Of a stretch of DNA of 64,000 nucleotides, positions 11,095 to 23,372 are shown piece after piece (position 1 is the first letter of the stretch; each line of letters starts with the position of its first letter). Made by a program: the position numbers and the translations under genes. The DNA is from Rebecca billardiae RCC1528 (lineage: Eukaryota > Protista > Haptophyta): contig OZ251229.1 of NCBI GenBank assembly GCA_965240325.2, forward strand, positions 1,550,001 through 1,614,000, in the 5' to 3' direction. A model generated the notes under the pieces. That model was not told where the DNA came from, searched no databases, and saw only the letters and a list, made by a program, of their open reading frames with translations.

Positions 11095-12183
11095 ATGGAT
11101 GCACGCGGCGTTGCCGTGCGCTCGCCAGCGCGATCCACGCTGCGCGTAGCCGTCATATTGGCCTGCCTTGCGGAAGGGGTGCCCGCTACTCGCCCGAGGC
11201 CTGCCCCCACTGCTCCCGGCCGGCCTTCTGTGCCGCTCGTGGACGACTACATCGTGTGGTTCCACCCGCCAAAGTGTGGCACCAGCTTTGGCACCACTCT
11301 GGTCCATCGTGCCAACGCGTCCCTGCCCAAGAGTGCGAGGATGCATGCCTGCGACAAGACCTCGCCCATCGGCCCGTTGAACGCGACCGACCCCTACCAG
11401 CCGCACATGTGCCTTGGCGCAACGGATCGCTTCTTTCACCTCTACCGGCACGATGTGTGGTTCCGTGGATGGTTTGTGTGCGGCCAGTTGACTGAGCCCC
11501 CGGGTTTCCGATCCTGGGACGGCGGCTTGGACACGTGCGACCCCGGTCGACACGTCCCCGTGACCAGCTCTCTGTACGCCACACACCGCGGCCACTTCCA
11601 GGGCTTCTTCCGCTCACCGGCATCGCTGGTGGCGAGCCAGTACCTGCGAGGCGCCGTGGACGGACGGGTCACGCTCCCCAATGACGACTTGGACTTTACC
11701 ACGCACACTGGCGCGGGGGGGCTGTTGGCCTATGCGCGTGCCCATCCAGACCCACTCGCTCGATTCCTGATGGGCATTCCTGACGGGCCTTCTGCCGAGG
11801 CGCAGGGATTGGCTGGTTTGGCCGATTCCGCGATCGGGCGGCTGGCTGGATTCCGCTTCGTTGGCATCGTCGAGGAATGGGCGAGGAGCATCTGCTTGTA
11901 TCACCGCATGGTCATGGGCGATCGTGAGTGCTTGCCGGTGGAGTTCATCAATAATCGCTTGACCAAGGTCGGTGACGTGCGGCTTGGCGCACGGCTCCTC
12001 GAGCGATACGGTCTTCTAGGGCGCAACGACACGGCCTTGTACACAGCAGCACGTGCGCGATTCGAGCACGACGTGGCGCTCTTCAACGTGACCGCAGAGA
12101 CCTGCGCCGCCATCAAGTGCCACATCACTGCGGAGCATCAGGCGGCATCACTAGCTCCGCAAGGAGTACTATCGCTAACGTGA
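11095..12183 (+). CDS. Secretory-pathway sulfotransferase-like protein
   Basis: N-terminal hydrophobic segment; 5'-PSB-like FHPPKCGTSF; 3'-PB-like FFRSPASLVASQY; FRFVGIVEEWARSICL; D.ALY..A..RF tail typical of Golgi sulfotransferases. Confidence 0.8.
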   Translation: MDARGVAVRSPARSTLRVAVILACLAEGVPATRPRPAPTAPGRPSVPLVDDYIVWFHPPKCGTSFGTTLVHRANASLPKSARMHACDKTSPIGPLNATDPYQPHMCLGATDRFFHLYRHDVWFRGWFVCGQLTEPPGFRSWDGGLDTCDPGRHVPVTSSLYATHRGHFQGFFRSPASLVASQYLRGAVDGRVTLPNDDLDFTTHTGAGGLLAYARAHPDPLARFLMGIPDGPSAEAQGLAGLADSAIGRLAGFRFVGIVEEWARSICLYHRMVMGDRECLPVEFINNRLTKVGDVRLGARLLERYGLLGRNDTALYTAARARFEHDVALFNVTAETCAAIKCHITAEHQAASLAPQGVLSLT

Positions 12184-12234
12184 CTTGGACCAAAGGAATG
12201 AAAGGGGACCCCGGGGTATTCGCTGGCGTCTTAA

Positions 12235-15200
12235 CCCCTATTCTTGAACGGGCCCCTATTGTTGAACGGAGGCAATTTTCGCTGTGTAGCAGGCTGATTA
12301 CGCGGGGGCGATGGGATCAGCGGCTACCGCCGTGTGCGCCTGGCCAAGGCGCGTCCAACGAGCCCAAGAACGTCGCCATAGCCCCGCCCCAGCGCCGTCC
12401 GCAGCCGATCCGATTTGCTGAAGTCAGACCTGAGAATCTGGTGTGAAAAAATGGTTTTCGGCTCTTGTAGGCCGAAGCTTCGGTCGGGAGAGCGCGCACG
12501 GTATTTTTGGGAGCTCACCGATACCCCGCAAGGCCGCAGATTTCCGGATTTCCACCGGAAAATGATCAGGCGAGCCCGTTGGCCGGCGGGGACGAGAAAT
12601 GGCGGGAGCCGTGGGCGCGAGATCCCGTGTCAGATGGACTGCTGCCCTTGACGAGCGCCGAGCCGCCAATGTAGAATGCCGTGGTTCGGCCGCTGGTAGA
12701 AGCCGTCGTGGATGGCACGATATCTGCGATTCGAACGGTGCGGGCTGGCCACACGAGTCCGACGAGCCCGTGAACTCCTATCCGCGCCGTGATCGAGCTG
12801 ACGGAGCTTGTCTCTTCTCGGCGTGGCCACTCCTCGCCATTCAGTCGTGAATTCACGAGCGACGACGAGAAGAATGACTTTGTAGGATGCGAGAGCCGTG
12901 CGCCCTTGTAGGAGCTCGTCCAGATTGCGGAACTCACGCAGCTTGTCCTGCTCGGCAGAGGTGTCAACATCGAGTACTACTTGTAACGGATCAGAGCCAG
13001 CTTCACCTAAACCATGAAACACATGTTGTACGGTACAGGGTGGCAAACAACCTGAGCGTGGGGCATCCAGCAGTATGCACGAGGCGCACTTAAGCATGGG
13101 CGCGTCTGAGCCTGTGATGGACTGCTTGTCGTGCGTGCTGCTGGCCATTGTGCGTGCGCGTGTGTGCGACTGTGTGTGTGAGCGTGTGCACACTGCGCAT
13201 ACGCATACAGCTTGTCCTTCCTTCTCTTCGCGATCGTGTCGTCGCGCAGGCTCGGAGGCTGCGCCACCTCCGCGCAGGCGAATGGCGGCTAATCAACGTC
13301 GCCTTGCCCCGTGCGGGCACACCACCGCGCAGCGCCTGACGAGCGGCTGCCCTGGGTGCGAGGCGGTGCTCGGACGAGCCGCCGCCGATCCAGCCGTCGT
13401 GGCCACGCAAGGTGGTGTGGCAAGGAGGGATCTCACCGCAGGTCAGGGACCTGATCACATCGGTGGCGTGGCCACTTGCGGTGGAGCTGGCGGCTCGCCC
13501 AGCTGCGCGCAACGTTCGTGTGTATATACCGTCCTGAGGGCAATCGACGACAGCTCCTTGAGCCTTGAGGCACACGAGTGAATCCGTCGGCCCGGCTGAT
13601 CCGCTGATCCCACCCAGCTGTTGATGGGAGCTTTCTGAAGAGATCGTCTCAGCGGACGCAGCGCCAGGTCGGTTAGGGGCAGCATGTGCGTGTGCTTATT
13701 AGCGCTACCTGGGGTCGTCGTCGGAGGCTGGCCCATATTCCAAGTCATCGGCTGCCTGGGGCAGATGATGACCCACTGTCAGGCCGCTAGGCGAAGCCGC
13801 AGTGCACGTACTGGCTCTCAGGCCAGGCGACCAGTGCAGCTGACGGACAGTTGCTGCCTACGCATGCGTCCGCGGGGAGACGCACCGCCAACCGCGCGCG
13901 AGAAAGTGTGGACGCACGGCGACTCACGCCGTGCTTTCTCGCCCCCCGGTGCGACGACCAAAGTCCAATCGGCAGCAGTCGTGCCGGAGGCTTGTGCGCG
14001 AGCACGAGATGCGCGCGCGCGGTGCGGTCTGTCTGGTCAGCGCAGCCTGCTGAACGCGTGCGCTACGACAGATGTACGTGTACGCTCACACCAGCCGTGA
14101 AGCTCTCCGTGGTGTTCGACGCCGTGGCGGCCGCCATGGCCACCCAGATCGCATTGGTCAGCGCGGCGGGGAAGAGAGCGCACATCTCGCCATTTTGCGC
14201 CATTTTGGGCTTGCAAGCTGGTATATTTGGTGGACGTGAGCTCACGTCCACGACCTACCCATCTTTGGCGGGCGCCACGCGCCCGCCATGGCGGCGCCGG
14301 CCCGGGCGCCCGCGGTGGCGATGGACAACCCCCTCACGGGCTGCACGGCGACAGCCATCCCGAGGAGCAACTCTCAAGGGCCCGGACGTGAGCGGCAATT
14401 TTCCGTATTTGCAGCACTTTGCAGCACTTGCGGCCTCGCGGGCGGTGACAGCATGGGCGGTGACAGTTGGCGGGCGTCAATCTCGCCTGCCTGAGCTGTG
14501 TGCGTCTCTTATTCTTAGTAAACTGTACCTGTAGGACGCCCCGCCGCGGCGGGGGGGGCTGACTGGTGGCGATGACGAAAGCTCAAGGCGCAGCACAAGT
14601 GGGGTGGCAAGGCAAAGTCTTCGCGCCGGATGGACGAGTCATGGCATCAGACGCCGGGCGATGAGAGCTGTGCGGGCTAGGCGACCACGGCTGCGACGCG
14701 ACGCTTCGAAGCTGCTGTGAGTGACGCGACGGACCCGGCCACCGCGCCAGCACCCAACTCTACCGATTGTACAATCGGCAGCCAGGCAGTCGTGCCGTGC
14801 TTGCCAAGCTTGATGCTGGTGTCGTTGGCCATGTTGCTGTTGGAAGCGGGGCACGGTGCCAAATGCTGAACGCATGCACCAGAGCGCGGCGGAGCAGCAG
14901 GTCGTGCTTCGCCACGAGCTGACACACGCGCACCAACGCGGCAGATTACCCGGCCACTAGCAAGCTGCTCGATACGCGGCTGCGCCCCATCACCAATCGG
15001 GTTGAGGATCTGGACGCGGTCGCACGCAAGCGCACGCTCCTGGCTCACACGCCGTTCAACGATTACCGGCGTCGTCGCTTGGTGGGCTCCGGCGGGCTCA
15101 GACGTGGGCATTGGCATCCCCGGCAGCGCGGAGACGTGGCTATCTTGCCTGCAGATCGGTGAGCATCCGACAGACCGCGTGCGTGCCCTCAGGTGTCGCT

Positions 15201-15476
15201 GCTGCACCACTATACGCGCGCGATGAGCTCCATTCAACAATAGGGGTCATTCGACCCGTCGGTGACGCACCCCGCAAGTGCGCGCGCGCGCGCGCGCGCA
15301 CAGGCGGGCGAGTTCCGAGCACCGCAGTCTCAGGGGTGCATGGTCCATTCGGTAGGACCCATACCCTGCGCATGACACCCAAAGTTCGCTCGCCGAGCCA
15401 CACTGGCTCGTGGCAGGGGCGTAAAACCCGTTTTCCGTTCAACAAATATATATAGGGGTACAAATACATATAGGGG
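12235..15476. mobile_element. piggyBac-like non-autonomous or decayed element
   Basis: TTAA|CCCCTAT at 12231-12241 and ATAGGGG|TTAA at 15470-15480; subterminal ttgttgaacgga at ~12259 is inverted at ~15434; no recognisable transposase. Confidence 0.5.
14452..14525 (-). repeat. CAGTTTACT TIR-like repeat, right end followed by TA
   Basis: ...cttagtaaactg|ta; a CAG terminus next to TA is typical of Tc1/mariner-type ends. Confidence 0.8.
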
Positions 15477-15683
15477 TTAAGACGTTACTGCCCATCACGG
15501 CCACGCACGCGTGCGCAGCCGCAAGCTCGAGCACGCGCTCGCGTGCAAACAGCTCCGCCCGCCACGTGGGAGGCGCCGGCAGCGCGCCCTCGTGCCCGCG
15601 CTGACGCGCGCGCTCGATCGAGCAGCGACTCGGGGCTCCAATAGTCCTGGGCAGACTTATAGGGCGCATGCGCCAATGATATA

Positions 15684-18600
15684 TGACCGCGTTCCGCGGT
15701 CCTTCCGTAGAACCAACGTAGTTAGGGGTCCGCGGTGCACCCTCCGTCGGCTGCTGTCTCAGTCTGACATGGCGGGCCGATGAGGACTGTCGCCGCGGGC
15801 CGCGCGGAGAAGCGGCCCAGCCGGGCGGCGGCGCGCGCGCGCAGGGCGAGCGAGACTCCGAGAGGCGAAGCGCGGCGCGGGCCGGCGCGTGCGCGCGTGC
15901 GGGCGCACCTGCCTTGAGGTGCTCGCGCTGCGCCATGCGCTCGACGACGGGCCGCTGGTCGCTCAGCCGGCGCGCCTCGTGCCGGCAGAGCGAGAGCGCG
16001 CGCCACTGCTGCGGCCCCGCCCCCGGCCCGTGCGCTCACGGCGCTGCGCAGCTGCGCACCGAGAGGCGAGACCGAGCGCGGAGCTCGGGGTGGAACGAGG
16101 CGAGCGGCGGGTCGCGCCTGCCGCCGCGCGTGCGCGCCTGCTCCACCGCGCCACCGTGCTCGCCCGCCGCCTCCTCCGCCGCGTCGGCCTCGAAGCAGCG
16201 GCGGCCAGCCAGCCGACCGAGGCTGAGCCCGTGCGTGCTCACTCACCCGGCGCGGTGGCGCCCTCGAGTCGACGGCCGTCTACTCCACAGCTGGCTGCTC
16301 GAGCTGCTGCACGGGGCGTCGCGACGAGGGCGCCGCGCGCGCCCAGCGCGTCCGTCGCCGCGTCGCGCAGCGCGTCGAGCTCGGCGCCGCGCTTCGGCCA
16401 GCTGGCAGCTCGGCGCCCAGCGCCTGCGCGCGCACGTGCTCCGATGCACGGCCCGAGTCAGCTGGGCGCCCGGCTGCGCGACCGAACGGGAACCGGCGCG
16501 CGTTCCACGACTGTCACTGCTCCTGCTCGTCCTCACGCTGCTGCACCTCCACGCCGCCGTCGACCGAGTTGCTAAGGAGGAGCTCGCGCTCGGCGTCACG
16601 AGGAGCGAGCTCGCGTGCTCGAGCTCGCCCTTCAGCCGCGCTAGCTCCGGGCGCATCCGTTGCGTGCTCGCGGCGCGCTCCTCCTCTAGCAACGCTCGGC
16701 CCTCGGGCCGCCATCCAATACCGGGTGCCGTTCGTCATAGTTAAGACTCGGCCAATCGGTAATCGGATGCGACGCATCATACTCGCCGGGAGCGCAAAGG
16801 TTCGTCGTCAGTATAAAGCAGTTGAGTACTTGACGGATTTTTGTTAGGACCTCCATGCATCACTGCGCTTAAGGGTCTCGTCCCATTTGGCAGCGCGCAA
16901 AGGTTCGTCGTTAGTAAAATTGAGTAATTTGGCAGCGCGCAAAGGTTCGTCGTTAGTAACGTTGAGTACTTGACGAGACTTTTTGCCAGGAGCCCAGGAC
17001 CTCCAATCGCATGCGCTTGGGTCCTCGGCGTCCTATTTGGCAACATTAAATGGTAACTATGAAGATTTACAACAAATCGCAGATTCATTCGTTCACCCAG
17101 ACTGACCACAGGCTCACGTCCGTCCGTAGATACGGAATTGGAGCGGGCGCGGCTATTTCGTCAATCGCGTCTTGCTAAAATGGGCCAACATTGTACCCCT
17201 CGAAAAAGGCGACGAAAACTCACCCTCCAACAGCCCTCAAAATCGTCCACCGTCCCCTTTTCTTTGATCAAAAGATCTTTTTGACAACGTAGTGAGGGCC
17301 CCCGGCGGGGCTCCACGCTAGTCGCTACGCGCTCCGCCCTGCATGCCCGCGTTCCGCGGTCCTTCCGTAGAACCAACGTAGTTAGGGGCCTGCGGTGCAA
17401 CCTCCGTCACCGGCTGCTGTCTCACTCTCTCAGTCTCACAGACATGGCGGGCCGAGGACTGTCGCCGCGAGCCGCGCGGGGAAGCGGCCGCCGGAGGGCG
17501 AGGCCGGCGCGCGCGCGCAGGGCGAGAGCGGAGAGGCACCGCGCGGCGCGGGTACGGGCCGGCGCGTGTGGGCGTGCGGGCGCATCACCTGCTTGAGGTG
17601 CTCGCGCTGCGCCATGCGCTCGACGACGGGCCGCTGGTCGCTCAGCCGGCGCGCCTCGTCACTCACTCGTGCCGGCAGAGCCGGAGAGCGCTCACCATTG
17701 CTGCCCCGGCCTGCGCTGCGCACGGCCGCGCACCGATCGAGAGGCGACGGACCGAGCGGAGCTCGGGGTGGAACGAGGCGAACGGCGCGTCGCGCCTGCC
17801 GCCGCGCGTGCGTGCCTGCTCCACAGCGCCGCCGTGCTCGCCCGCCGCCTCCTCCGCCGCGTCGGCCTCGAAGCCACGGCGGCGGCCAGCCAGCGCCAGC
17901 GGCAGCGGCTGAGCCCGTGCGTGCTGGCCGCTGGCACCCGGCGCGGTCGCCTCCGGACGGCCGTCAACTCTGTTCAACTCCACACAGCTGGCTGCTCGAG
18001 CTGCTGCACGGGGCGTCGCGACGAGGGCGTAGCGCGCGCCCAGCGCGTCCGTCGCCGCGTCGCGCAGCGCGTCGAGCTCGGCGCCGCGCTTCGCCAGCTC
18101 GGCGCCCACAGCGCCTCCGCGCAGCGCCTCCGCGCGCATGTGCCGTCATGCACGGCCTCGGTGTGACGCCGCCCATCAATCACTGCGTGCGCAGCTGCTG
18201 CAGCTCGACGGCGGACTCGTCGCAGCTGGCGGCGAGGGTGCGCAACGCGTCGATGACCGAGGCCTGCAGCCCGGTGATCGCCGCGTCGATGCGCGCGGCG
18301 CATTCTCCGCGCAGCTCCTCGCGCCACGACGTGGCCGCGCTCGCGTGCAGCTGGGCGCCGCTGTGCGACCCGGAACCGGCGGGCCTTCCACTGCTCCTGC
18401 TCGTCCTCAGGCTGCTGCATCTCCGCGCCTCCATCGACCGAGTTGAGGAGGAGCTCGCGCTCGGCGTCGAGGAGCGAGCTCGCGTGCTCGAGCTCGCCCT
18501 TCAGCCGCGCTAGCTCCGGGCGCATGCCGCATCCGGCTCGGGCTCATCTGCCGCTGCGTGCTCGCGGCGCGCTCCCGTCCTCATCAAGCGACGAGCTCGC

Positions 18601-19115
18601 GCGAGTGCTCCGGACTCGGCTCGCCCTTGCGCGCTCCTCCTCGAGCGGCGAACGCGCCCGCGGGCAGGTTGTTGCCCTCCGCCCCCGCCGCGATCTCGCA
18701 TGCTCTGCTAGCGCGGCGCGGCGCGCGCCGACTCGCGGCGGCGAGTGCCGGCTCTGGGTCCGGTTGGTCCCGGACTGGCGATATCGACCAAGTTTTGTAC
18801 TTTTGTTCCGTATGATGCGACGATATTCGTTCATATTCGTTCACTACCCAGATATATACTGACAAATGCACGTCCACAGGCTCACGTCCGTCCGTAGATA
18901 CGGAATTGGGAGCGGGCGCGGCTATTTCGTCAATCGCGTCTTGCTAATGGAGAGCAATGGGCCAATGTACCCCTCGAAAAAGCGAAAACTCACCCTCCAA
19001 CAGCCCTCAAAATCGTCCCCGTCCCCTTTTCTTTGATCAAAAGATCTTTTTGACAACGTAGTGAGGGCCCCCGGCGGGGCTCCACGCTACGCGCTCCGCC
19101 CTGCACCGCGGGCCA
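15684..19115. mobile_element. Head-to-tail dimer of a ~1.7-kb element carrying a decayed coiled-coil ORF on the minus strand
   Basis: Unit 1 ~15684-17347, unit 2 ~17348-19115. Both start cgcgttccgcggtccttccgtagaaccaacgtag and end with the same AT-richer block (17107-17343 vs 18876-19104). Outer ends are TA|TGACCGCG and ACCGCGGGCCA|TA. Confidence 0.8.
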
Positions 19116-19353
19116 TAAGTCCTTCAACAAGTCCTTAACGCCTAGCTATCGGCTAGCACGTCGACGCCGCAGCGAGGTGCTGGCTGGGCATCCAGACGCC
19201 ACCAGCGTACCCCGAGACGACATTCGCTTGATCCGATGGGTGAGCATGGCTGCCTTAACCGTCTCTGACTGTGAAGGGGTCTTATCCAGGCAGGCCGCAG
19301 GCGAGAACATCAGCAGTAGTAGTCGTGGAGCTGGGCCGCCGGCGTCAGTGCTA

Positions 19354-19407
19354 CAGTTTACTAAGAATAAGAGACGCACACAGCTCAGGCAGGCGAGATC
19401 GACGCCC
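19354..19407 (+). repeat. CAGTTTACT TIR-like repeat, left end preceded by TA
   Basis: ta|cagtttactaagaataagagacgcacacagctcaggcaggcgaga. Confidence 0.85.
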
Positions 19408-20989
19408 TAATAAGAAGTTGAAAGTGCTGCTGCAGCGCGCCCTTCACTGATGAGCCGGCTCGCCCTCGCGGTCGGGTCAGTTCCGTGCACCCGGCCCGGG
19501 CACGGTCCGCGCCGGCGGCGGTCAAGCTGGCGAGAAATGGAGTGTATGGCGCGGAGGAATGGCGGCGAAGGCGCGTCAGCGTTGCGCACACGAGCGATCA
19601 TCACGCCCCGCCTGCCGCCATCGCCGCAGTCGCCAGTGTCGTGCGCCATCGGACTCAGTGGCGGGACTCGGCGCCGCCCAAGGGCACGCGCGGTGGGCTG
19701 GTCAGGAGTGCCAGGCGGCTATGCTGATCAGCCGCCGCCACCATGCAGTCCATGGCGCGCGCGCGCGGACCCGGCTCACCGCTCAAGTGGCGTGTGGCTG
19801 GTTGTGAACGTAGACCTGCACGGTCCGTCTGTGTGTCAACGAGCTGTTGCGGCGTCAGAGCCCTTCGTAGCCTACGGAAGGCACTGGCAGTGGTGCTGCG
19901 CGATGAGGTATGCAGGCGCCGCCAACCTGATGCGCTTGCGCCGCGCGGGTGGCACGGTGCCTGTGGCTGACGCAGCTCCGACAAACCTCACCTCAGTTCC
20001 AGCCCGCGTGCTACGTAAGGTATGTATATGGCGGTATATAGCTGACGATGGCGCAAATATTCAGATATGTCCGTCAGAAGATGACTTGAAGTGATCAGTT
20101 ACCGCTTGCCCGTTGCATACCACGTCCGTACGGCCGTATACGGTATTCCGTATTGGGTATATATATATATATAGCAATATTAGCATGATGACGAATGCGC
20201 ATGCGCATGATCGGCTGACGAAATGGCGGGCCGTAGGTCCGCCCCTTGTAGTGCTCGGAAAAAAGATAAGAAAAAGAAAATAAAAAGAAAATCGCCTCGC
20301 AAAGAAAAGAAAATCGCTTCGCTCACTACCGGGCGCCCTCGCAGCTCCCACTGGGGACGCTCGGCCGAAAACCATCTTCCGCATGGCGCGGAGCGCGTGG
20401 GCCGCGCGCGCCAAATCCAACGCCGGCGCGGACATCGCGCGGGGATTCCCGAACGGTGTTTTCGCCCGATTCGCGATTGCTGCCCTCGTCGTCTCGCGTG
20501 CAGGTCGAACGGGGGCCAAAGTCGACGCGTTTGGAGGTACGCTCGGCGCGTCGACACGATCGTGCGACCTGGGGCGGTCCTCGCCCGACTTGCACGGCGA
20601 GCGCTCGCACGGGCCATACTATCAAGCGCTGCGCACGATGGCCGCCTCGCGCGATCCACCGCCGCGCGTCGGGCTCGGTGCGGAAACGCATTCATCACGA
20701 GGTGTCTCGCGGGCGGGAAGCGCCATCGCACGCGACGCAAGATTTGGCGCGGCCTTCTGAATTTGATCGCCGGAATCCGCGCACCGGACTCAGTCCTCGC
20801 TCGCGTCCGGTCCCTCAGCCGAAGCCCACGTCCGGCCTGCATGGCGTCGACGGTGACCAATGCGACGGAAGCGCAGCGCCAACGGCGTACGACGCGCAGC
20901 GGACGCACCTCCCGGGTCTGTCGCCGTGGCAGCAACCGCGTCATCGCGAGTTGGCGACCCTCGCCGCAGCGCGACACAGACAAGCCCGT

Positions 20990-21590
20990 GATGCCATCCG
21001 CAGAGAGATGAAACGTCGAGCATGCAACATCGCCGCGCCATCCTCGTCCATGGCGCAGGCGCTGCGGGACGAGGCGGAAGTCGTCACGCCGGTGACGGAT
21101 GCGCTGCGATTCGTGTGCCCGCGTGAGCAGCGCTTGCCCACTCTCGATCGCGAGTGGCACACGCTGTCGCTGTGCGCGCGCGCACGCACAACCAACAGCT
21201 CCTCGTGCCGCCGAGCACGCGAGCGCCAGACATGTCGAAGATGCGAAGAGCGACGACCGCGACGACCGCGTGAACGTCAACGCGCTCGTGCTCAGCGTGA
21301 CGGCCGTGTGCGATGTCAACGCGACCTGCGCCGATCCCATCATGCCTGGAGCCGACATCGGCAAGCATCCTCGCGACGACCGCTCTCGGCTGGCGGCAGG
21401 AGGACATGCACATGATCTACTCTGGCGGCTTCGTCGGCGGCGAGGCGCTCGATTACGCCATCGCGGTCGACATGCGGCACATACAGCGCGTACCCGCGCT
21501 CGCGCGGAGCAACGGGCTACCCGCCCCGCCCCGCGTGCTGCACATTCCCTCGTGGGTGTGGGCCTCGCTGATGCGCATACTACTAAAAGT
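20990..21590 (+). pseudogene. Frameshifted gene remnant of unknown identity
   Basis: Protein-like segments in successive frames (MAQALRDEAEVVTPVTDALRFV; DRVNVNALVLSVTAVCDV; DMHMIYSGGFVGGEALDYAIAVD...LHIPSWVWASL). The 3' part (21539-21578) is repeated in decayed form at 9047-9088. Confidence 0.4.
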
Positions 21591-21944
21591 ACAGACTGAG
21601 ACGTGTGTACACGTCGGGGAGCCAACTTCACGTGTCACTGGTCCTTGCACTCGACTGTCCGTCACCCACGGCCACGAGCGAATGTGGAAAGACGCGAACC
21701 CGCAAAAGATACATTGCGACAGCACTGGCACGGCCCGCCGACCCTCCCGCCCGCCAGGGCACAGTTTTGAATTCAGCTTGTCGTCATCATCGCCGAGACT
21801 CGCGGCACGGCGCGAGATCATCTTCATCATCATGGATGATTCATGGATTGCCGAGTTTGCCGACGACGAGAATAAATAAGCTAGAATAATTCCGGTCATG
21901 CGCTATACCTTTCGGCGGCGGGTGCGTCACTGCTGACGGCTCAT

Positions 21945-23372
21945 TCACGATTCCTCACCGCGCCAGTGTCCAGCATACAGGTAACAGCATGTCCAAGCTT
22001 CCACCAGCTGCTTCTCAGGCAGCGCTGAGACTGGCGGCCGGCGCAACAGCGCCTGATGGCTGTCAAAGTGGATGTTGCCGGTCGCACCTCTGGCACGTCT
22101 GGCAAAATCCGCCCGCGCCGCCGCTGCCGTGGGCTGGACTGCTGGCGAACTAGCACGCGCCTGCGCATCTGTCGCCCAATGCACCACATTGGCGTGGCAA
22201 TGCAGCGTCGAGAGCGTGACGTTAGATGGCATGCTGCCACCCACACAGTGTAGCGCGCGGTGGAGCGCAGGAACGCCTCTGAGGAGGCGCGAGCGCGGCT
22301 TCGTCAGCATCTTCTGGTACGAACCACCCCGCTGCAGCGCATGTGCTACGAAGTCATCGCAGCTCTGCGCGACCCCGACAAAGCGGAGCACTCGACACCA
22401 CTCCGCCCGCTGCTCGAGCGCCGCTGAGCGCCGCCTCAGCTCTGACTCGTCCGCATCCATTGCTGCGAGCAGCTCGTAGAATGTCGTGCAGACGCGCAGT
22501 CCGAGCTCCCGAATCCACGCGTACCGGTGCTGCAAGCGCGCGCCGTACATGACGACGGTGTCCAGCATGAAGCGCTGCAGCTTGCGGGCACTGAGGTCGA
22601 GGCTGAACGTACTGAAGCTCTCCTTGTTGCACTTGCCCACCTCGCAGTGGGACTGACGGAAGAGAGACGCGCGCTGATCCGAGATGAACTCGTCGACCGG
22701 ATTCCGCAGCATGCTCACGATGAGTGGGCGGCGCGTGTGCAGGTAGGACCACAGCCCGAGGGGCAGCGGGTCGGGTGCGGCACTGGCCAGGGCGGTGGCG
22801 CGCTGCTTGTCCTCTGTGCTGCCTCCGCTCGGCAATGGCAATGCAGATGCAGAGTGTGCTGCGGCCTCGGCGAGGTGCGGGCTCTCACCCGCAGCAAAGT
22901 CGATGTGCTTGTCGAACACCTTGAAACCGCGCACGTGTGCCGCTGGCGAGCAACTTGCAAAGCGCGGGCAGTCGACCGGAGGCTTGCGCGAGTAAAGCAA
23001 GTCGTCCAGCCACTGTGCCCAGTCGGCTCGCAGCCTGGGGGCGGCGCGCTTGCGGCGCATCTCTTCAACGTTGGTCCAGAACTTGCACGTGCTGCCGTTC
23101 GAGCTGAAGCTGAGCACCTCGAATTCGAAGCACACTTCCTCGTGCTCGTTGAGCATGTCTGCGAACCACGACGAGCCACCGCGAGGCTGTCCGAGCATCA
23201 GCACGCCTGTCGTGGTGTTGGGCAGAGCCGCCAGGGTCGCTGGCGCGGTCATCGCGACTGCAGCGGATGTCGCTAGCATCATACGCACGCTGCCGCACAG
23301 GAGCGCCAGGAAGCCCACTCCCGAGCGAGGGAAGCGGCGGCCCTTGATCATCGGCGGCCCGACCGACACCAT
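21945..23372 (-). CDS. Sulfotransferase (Stf0/sulfotransferase_1-like PAPS loop), secretory pathway; start uncertain
   Basis: LMLGQPRGGSSWFADMLNEHEEVCFEFEVL, RGFKVF, MLRNPVDEFIS, FYELL; hydrophobic N-terminal segment; intronless. Confidence 0.8.
   Translation of the reverse strand: MVSVGPPMIKGRRFPRSGVGFLALLCGSVRMMLATSAAVAMTAPATLAALPNTTTGVLMLGQPRGGSSWFADMLNEHEEVCFEFEVLSFSSNGSTCKFWTNVEEMRRKRAAPRLRADWAQWLDDLLYSRKPPVDCPRFASCSPAAHVRGFKVFDKHIDFAAGESPHLAEAAAHSASALPLPSGGSTEDKQRATALASAAPDPLPLGLWSYLHTRRPLIVSMLRNPVDEFISDQRASLFRQSHCEVGKCNKESFSTFSLDLSARKLQRFMLDTVVMYGARLQHRYAWIRELGLRVCTTFYELLAAMDADESELRRRSAALEQRAEWCRVLRFVGVAQSCDDFVAHALQRGGSYQKMLTKPRSRLLRGVPALHRALHCVGGSMPSNVTLSTLHCHANVVHWATDAQARASSPAVQPTAAAARADFARRARGATGNIHFDSHQALLRRPPVSALPEKQLVEAWTCCYLYAGHWRGEES

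Noticed and set aside
12566-13267. Transposase ORF inside the TTAA-bounded element
   Set aside because: Fragmented frames with no recognisable DDD/DDE or Cys-rich piggyBac motif.
17296-17322. Helitron 3' end (hairpin followed by CTAG)
   Set aside because: The CTAG arises from a small insertion absent in the sister copies at ~19085 and ~46830, and homology continues past it.
20247-20333. CACTA/TAGTG transposon termini
   Set aside because: The motifs face outward and no matching partner end or 3-bp TSD was found.
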